DNA of 63,162 nt, the filler included, from Craspedostauros australis (Eukaryota), in NCBI GenBank assembly GCA_030167865.1. It is 11 parts of 11 records of this genome, joined end to end, with 100 filler letters (N's around TTAATTAATTAA, not from the genome) between each part and the next. Parts side by side here need not be neighbours in the genome. Positions count along the whole stretch, not along the records: positions 54,224 to 58,716 come from JALAGF010006539.1; positions 58,817 to 61,687 come from JALAGF010006541.1; positions 61,788 to 63,162 come from JALAGF010006549.1; 8 more parts are not named here. The stretch is one strand, 5' to 3'. Below the pieces are notes generated by a model, which had not been told where the DNA came from, did not search any database, and was given only the letters and a program-made list of their open reading frames with translations. Positions 57,531 to 63,162 of the stretch are shown here, one piece after another; positions within the stretch are counted from its first letter, which is position 1; each line of letters begins with the position of its first letter. Both the position numbers and the translations under genes were made by a program.

Positions 57531-58883
57531 TTACAAACTTAAGAGTTGTGAGCTTACACTCTGACCTGTGTTCATGTCCATGCTGTTGCTCCTGCATTCC
57601 TGTGTTCTGCATGCATTGGATAGGATTGTTGCATCTTTAGGTTCAACTGACTCAGGCAAGTAGCCATCTCACAGTACTGGTGTTCTTTTGTCATACTTTG
57701 TCTATGGTACTATGCTTTCATGCATCCTCAATTTCGTTTCTTGTTGAGCTATTCGCTTGTAACACACACCAATTTCATTGTTCGAGTTGGCTCAGGATAT
57801 GATTGAAACACACAACTACGCTTGAACACAAGGGAGAGAGCTGTGCGGAATAAAGCACAATGCAGATATACATGGACAACATCATCCAAACTCTGAAACA
57901 ATTCAACATCTTTGATGTGATTGATACAGAATTGTACACAATCTGCCTTGTGCTTCTCTGTGAGTCCAATTATGCTTCCAATACAATGCGTTGTTGCAAT
58001 TTGCAAGTGAAACAGCATAGTTGGCGGCACACCAAAGGCAGCAGCAGCTGTACAAAGGAGTTGCAGCATTGTTGCCATTAAGGTGCCATTGGCTCTCTTT
58101 CAGGTCCTCTTGGCCCCACTTCTGGGATCAACCACAAGCANCAGCATGAGGCAGCAACCTCCAAGACAATTGGAAGTAGGGGCCACCGCTTTTNTCACAT
58201 CCANCATCATGATCTGGACTGTGGTGCGATGGACATTTTATCGCGCTGCCAGAAGATTGAGTACCCTGTCCTTGCAACAACCATCAACTTGCGGCAGCAA
58301 GACCGTCTCCATGATCTGAATCCTTTCGTCTGCACAGAAGTCTTTCCTCTTCTTGTGTACCGTTGATTCCAATCTCTAGATGAGACTTGTAACAAGAAGT
58401 ACGCAAAGGGCTCTTGTCTGAAGCTGCACAGTGAGGAATTGGTAAGGTGAATCATGAAGACTGTTGATGACAACAAGTTGGAACAAAACAAGCAAGTTNN
58501 NNNNNNNNNNNCACAGCATTCACTAATTTGATGCATACAAGAGCGGTGAATGAACGCAAGTAGAATGCGGCAAGCCCTGTAACATCGAGCACCTTGATAG
58601 TGGCGGTAGGTAGTCATGTAGTCTAATTCAGTATGGAGTATTATGCTGTATTGCGATCATAATGTGCAGCAGGGCAGTCTCAAAATGACGACTCGTAGAT
58701 CGCGACAAGCAAGCCTNNNNNNNNNNNNNNNNNNNNNNNNNNNNNNNNNNNNNNNNNNNNTTAATTAATTAANNNNNNNNNNNNNNNNNNNNNNNNNNNN
58801 NNNNNNNNNNNNNNNNGACTGAAAGCAAGAAAGCTAATCGTAGTGTGGTTTGTTCCGCCGCCCAAGATGGCGGCGATCGGGCT

Positions 58884-61679
58884 TCATTCGGACTGTTCGT
58901 TGTTGTCGTAGTAGCCGCGGCGTTGGTGACGGTTGGTGAGCATGGTTTCCAATGCCTTGTTCAACGAGGAGGTGATGCTGACCTGCTGAACTTGGTTGAT
59001 ATGGTCGAGCCCTCCGCAGAANNNNNNNNNNNNNNNNNNNNNNNNNNNNNNNGGTGTCCTCTCGTCGTTTTGGAGGACGGCCTTGATCTGAGCTGTGGGG
59101 TCGGGAGGCATCTGGAAGATGGATGGTTGCATCATCGTCGGTCCATGGTTGCTGGACATGATGTACCCAGATCGTAGACGTCGGGGCGATGGGTATGCGA
59201 TTGCTGGTCGGGGTTCCGTTCGGGCCCTCTTGTTAGCGTTGCTGGTCTCCGGAGTGTTGGGTGTCGATGGCAGGGGATGGTTCAAGACGGGGAGTCTGCG
59301 GGTGTTGGCGTTCGCATTCTCATTGTGGTTCGCAGGTGTCGGATACGCGGTTGCTATCGGCACGTCATCATCGGTTGGTCCCTCCGGTGGTGTAGGGACC
59401 TCTGGTTGCTCATCCCGGGTTGTGGGAGGTATCGGTTCTGCTGCATCGGAAAGATTCTCCGCGGTCGTGGTGGGGGCTCCTTTCGCGTTGATGGTCCCAC
59501 TCGTGGTTTTCTTGGCGGACCTGACCTGTTTGATCGTCTTGATTCCCGACATTCCCGGGGAAACGGTTGAATCCTCAGATTCATCGAAGAGCCCCTTTCT
59601 CTTGGGGCAGTTGCTTTGCTTGCTGCTGGCTCCAGAGCTGGGTCGTCGCGGTGCCTGGTTCCGGTTGATTGAGTTGTCTTCTGGTCGGAAGATGGACCCA
59701 GAATCGTCACTATCACCGGGTTCTGGGGCGGACGCGCTATCCACGGAATGGTCGGTTGGGATCACGGGCTTTGGTCGCACCTTGTCGGTGTACCCTTGTC
59801 CATCTNNNNNNNNNNNNNNNNNNNNNNNNNNNNNNNNNNNNNNNNNNNNNNNNNNGAGGACGGCCTTGATCTGAGCTGTGGGGTCGGGAGGCATCTGGAA
59901 GATGGATGGTTGCATCATCGTTGGTCCATGGTTGCTGGATATGATGTACCCAGATCGAAGACGTCGGGGCGACGGGTATGCGATCGCTGGTCGGGGTTCC
60001 GTTCGGGCCCTCTTGTTAGCGTTGCTNGTCTCCGGAGTGTTGGGTGTCGATGGCAGGGGATGGTTNAAGACGGGGAAACTGCGGGTGTTGGCGTTCGCAT
60101 CCTCATTGTGGTTCGCAGGTGCCGGGTACGCGGTTGCTATCGGCACGTCATCATCGGTTGGCCCCTCCGGTGGTGTAGGGACCTCTGGTTGCTCATCCCG
60201 GGTTGTGGGAGGCATCGGCTCTGCTGCATCGGGAGGATTCTCCGCGGTCGTGGTGGAGGCTCCTTTCGCGTTGATGGTCCCACTCGTGGTTTTCTTGGCG
60301 GACCTGACCTGTTTGATCGTCTTGATTCTTGACATTCCCGAGGAAACGGTTGAATCCTCAGATTCATCGAAGAGCCCCTTTCTCTTGGGGCGGTTGCTTT
60401 GCTTGCTGCTGGNTCCAGAGNTGGGTCGTCGCNATGNCTGGTTCCGGTTGANTGAGTTNTCTTCTGGTCGGAAGATGGACCCAGAATCGTCACTGTCACC
60501 GGGCTCTGGGGCGGACGCGCTATCCACGGAATGGTCGGTTGGGATCACGGGCTTTGGTCGCACCTTGTCGGTGTACCCTTGTCCATCTCGCGTGGCTGTC
60601 AAGATTTTGGACGCCGGTGATGGTCGTGAGGATCGCCTGACGGGAGGTCTGGGGTGGCTGATTACCGCTCCACTTGCAATCTCTGCTTCCACGTCAATCA
60701 CACTTCCTGGGTCCTGCGATTCTTGGTCTTCATCGCGGTACACCTCTGATTCAGACTCCTGGNNNNNNNNNNNNNNNNNNNNNNNNNNNNNNNNNNNNNN
60801 NNNNNNNNNNNNGTCCTGCGATTCTTGGTCTTCATCGCGGTACACCTCTGATTCAGACTCCTGGCGGCTGGCTTCTTCTGCGGTCATCTTTTCGTCAAAG
60901 AATCCGTCAGGGATCTCATCCAGGAACCTGCTCTCTGGTGTCTCTCCCACTTCGAGACTGGGACGGGAGTCTTCGAGGGATGGTATCCCATTGACCATCT
61001 CATCCTCATCGGTAGGGGGAAAAGGCTCGTTCGCGAGTGCTTTCCTCTCTCGTGCGAGGTTGACAGCGAGGGTGTCGCTTTGTTTCCGGACCATTCGTGC
61101 CTTCCTTGCGCGTGCGAGGATGATTGGGATCCGGTTCTTCCTCACCTTGAAGAAGTGGCATATGGATGGCTTCCGCATGGTTGCGCGGAACTCGTCGGGT
61201 GGTTCGCCCCATGCGCCGTCCTGAGCGGGGTAAAAGCACTGGCCATCGGCAATGGCGATGCTGAGGACCTCGGTGGTTTGGAGGTCGTTATCCAGGTATT
61301 CGGAGAGGGTGAGGGGATAGATGGATTGTTTCTCTACGTGGGTGATCTCGCCGGGTGGTGCGTTCTCGTTTCCCTTCGTGCAGAAGATTCGGACTCTTCG
61401 GCCACTGTATCCGACGACGATTCCTTGGAAGGGTCCCTTCTTTCCTGCGGGATATAGCACCCTGGATCCGGGGACGGGGCATTGNNNNNNNNNNNNNNNN
61501 NNNNNNNNNNNNNNNNNNNNNNNNNNNNNNNNNNNNNNNNNNNNNNNNNNNNNNNNNNNNNNNNNNNNNNNNNNNNNNNNNNTCCGTTTTTGTGGTGAGA
61601 GCATGTTCATGTCGCGGAATGCGATAGAGGGTGCGGTCGCGTTTCGTGCCAGGTCTTCTTGGAGGTCAGCAATCAACAT
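58884..61679 (-). CDS. Large, mostly low-complexity ORF of unknown function (possibly a TE ORF1); gapped and internally duplicated
   Basis: The frame stays open across several gaps. There is a short globular-looking part (GSRVLYP...GIVVGYSGRRVRI). 59077-59805 repeats at 59856-60588. Confidence 0.5.
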   Translation of the reverse strand: MLIADLQEDLARNATAPSIAFRDMNMLSPQKRXXXXXXXXXXXXXXXXXXXXXXXXXXXXXXXXXQCPVPGSRVLYPAGKKGPFQGIVVGYSGRRVRIFCTKGNENAPPGEITHVEKQSIYPLTLSEYLDNDLQTTEVLSIAIADGQCFYPAQDGAWGEPPDEFRATMRKPSICHFFKVRKNRIPIILARARKARMVRKQSDTLAVNLARERKALANEPFPPTDEDEMVNGIPSLEDSRPSLEVGETPESRFLDEIPDGFFDEKMTAEEASRQESESEVYRDEDQESQDXXXXXXXXXXXXXXXXXQESESEVYRDEDQESQDPGSVIDVEAEIASGAVISHPRPPVRRSSRPSPASKILTATRDGQGYTDKVRPKPVIPTDHSVDSASAPEPGDSDDSGSIFRPEXNSXNRNQXXRRPXSGXSSKQSNRPKRKGLFDESEDSTVSSGMSRIKTIKQVRSAKKTTSGTINAKGASTTTAENPPDAAEPMPPTTRDEQPEVPTPPEGPTDDDVPIATAYPAPANHNEDANANTRSFPVXNHPLPSTPNTPEXSNANKRARTEPRPAIAYPSPRRLRSGYIISSNHGPTMMQPSIFQMPPDPTAQIKAVLXXXXXXXXXXXXXXXXXDGQGYTDKVRPKPVIPTDHSVDSASAPEPGDSDDSGSIFRPEDNSINRNQAPRRPSSGASSKQSNCPKRKGLFDESEDSTVSPGMSGIKTIKQVRSAKKTTSGTINAKGAPTTTAENLSDAAEPIPPTTRDEQPEVPTPPEGPTDDDVPIATAYPTPANHNENANANTRRLPVLNHPLPSTPNTPETSNANKRARTEPRPAIAYPSPRRLRSGYIMSSNHGPTMMQPSIFQMPPDPTAQIKAVLQNDERTXXXXXXXXXXXFCGGLDHINQVQQVSITSSLNKALETMLTNRHQRRGYYDNNEQSE

Positions 61680-63162
61680 GTCACACCNNNNNNNNNNNNN
61701 NNNNNNNNNNNNNNNNNNNNNNNNNNNNNNNTTAATTAATTAANNNNNNNNNNNNNNNNNNNNNNNNNNNNNNNNNNNNNNNNNNNNTTTGATGAAAAAG
61801 TGCGGGACCTGACACATGACGAACGTGCGCGAGGAGTGTTGGACGAATCGCAAAAATAAGTCTTGTTTGAGAAATCCGCCGCAGCTGTCGTGGGAAAAAC
61901 ACGAATCGTGACGACACATGGGCATTGCGAAGACCTTAATCCTCGCGAAAGTGAGGATCTCCATCGCGAACACTCAAGTCTCCAAAACGGGGCTCCCCCT
62001 GTAAGACGGACCACGTATAGGTTTGTGGTGGCGCTTTCTGGGGGGATTGGCAGGCGCGCGCGCGAACCGAACTGAGTCGAAGCAGGCGACGTCAAAAAAT
62101 GGACACAGACGACTACGAACTGGCCAATGAAAACGCTGTGTTGATTGCGCACATTTCCCCTACGCGTGGAAGTTCGCTTTTGGCAGGACTCAGAATTGGA
62201 TGCCGTTTCCGATTTGGGGCACCAAATCGAAGTTGAAGTTCAATTTCCGAGGGGGAAGTTCGGATCCCGCCCCCCTCAGAAGTGNNNNNNNNNNNNNNNN
62301 NNNNNNNNNNNNNNNNNNNNNNNNNNNNNNNNNNCGGATCCCGCCCCCCTCAGAAGTGTCTCTATCAGGTTATTTTGTACCGTGGGACTGAATAATCCGA
62401 ATGCGAGAATCCTCTAGTCCCGGCAAAAGATACCAATTCCAGGCGCAAACCAACAACAGCCATTCATTTTGTGTTACTTCCAAAGTTTTGGTCGTGGTTG
62501 TCGTTGTCGTTGTCGTTGACTTTTTGTTCAGATTTAGTGCCAATTCACGAATCTGGCCGGATCCGAACGAGCAAGCCCACTAACCAGGTCTTTTTTAGGC
62601 CAAAGTTCACTAACCAGGTCGTTTTGGCGCCTGGCACGATGATTGGATGACTGAAATGGTCGGCGTATCACTGCGACAGCATTGAAAATGTTAGTTTAGC
62701 CACGAAGTGAACACATCAACCATTTCCCTGTTGGACAGCGTAGAGTACTCTAGGTTATGATGTTGTCGATGAATCCTGTTGAGCAGAGGGTCGAATCAGC
62801 TATTATCGATTGCATGCTGACATTGCCATTGGCATGTACCGACCTTGGAATGGTCTACATCCAACTGCAAGGAGTTTCAGACTACATGTAGTCCATTCCT
62901 GCGATACCGTTCGGTCACTGTGTGTACTGTGTTGGTCATATGTGCATACAAAAGGTCAAGCATACTTGATTGTAACAACCCCACAACTCCAAGCACACTC
63001 CATGGGGTACAGCCACGAAGTTTGAGGTCTTGGATCCTTCTGGAAGGTACTCATACCGATGGATCTGGATATCATGGCGTCTTGTGTGTGGCAGTACTGT
63101 GAGCTACGCATCAAACGACATCTTGATCTGTAGATTTAAGTCCTTCCCACATGGATCTATCA

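Noticed and set aside
55800..57532. Internal duplications within the LINE relic, and similar ones at 52495-52594, 60712-60862 and 62258-62358
   Set aside because: They flank N gaps and are near-identical, so they are likely scaffolding artefacts.
8266..61743. Recurrent TTAATTAATTAA as a biological motif (PacI-like or piggyBac TTAA site)
   Set aside because: It is always centred in a 100-nt N block, so it is an artificial six-frame-stop linker.
61788..63162. Possible gene or TE in the last scaffold
   Set aside because: Only short ORFs without motifs and a 13-bp local repeat (CACTAACCAGGTC); nothing supportable.

Overview
This is eukaryotic DNA, most likely from a diatom (inferred from CoDi-type Copia motifs, the LINE C-terminal motifs and diatom-style secreted proteins). 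It is not one contiguous locus. Eleven small scaffolds are joined by artificial 100-nt linkers (44 N + TTAATTAATTAA + 44 N), so nothing can be linked across a linker. The window is dominated by transposable elements: one full-length young Copia (23445-30529) with non-canonical LTR ends, a UGA between in-frame gag and pol, and a nested insertion; two partial Copias, one with a half-tRNA-Asn-like PBS; one intact and two decayed PIF/Harbinger-type transposases; a decayed YqaJ-like ORF between long inverted repeats; old and young LINE 3' ends; and a family of roughly 0.5-0.8 kb TG...CA elements with 6-bp TSDs. Host-like genes are a Cys-rich/PTSA-repeat secreted protein, a DUF4215-like Cys-repeat protein, a sulfotransferase-fold type II membrane protein and a Ser/Lys-rich ORF with one nonsense codon. 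The most striking structure is a young insertion (4824-5219, TSD AAAGG) whose two ends are the same perfect 74-bp palindrome. All calls come from reading the sequence by eye; no database searches were run.
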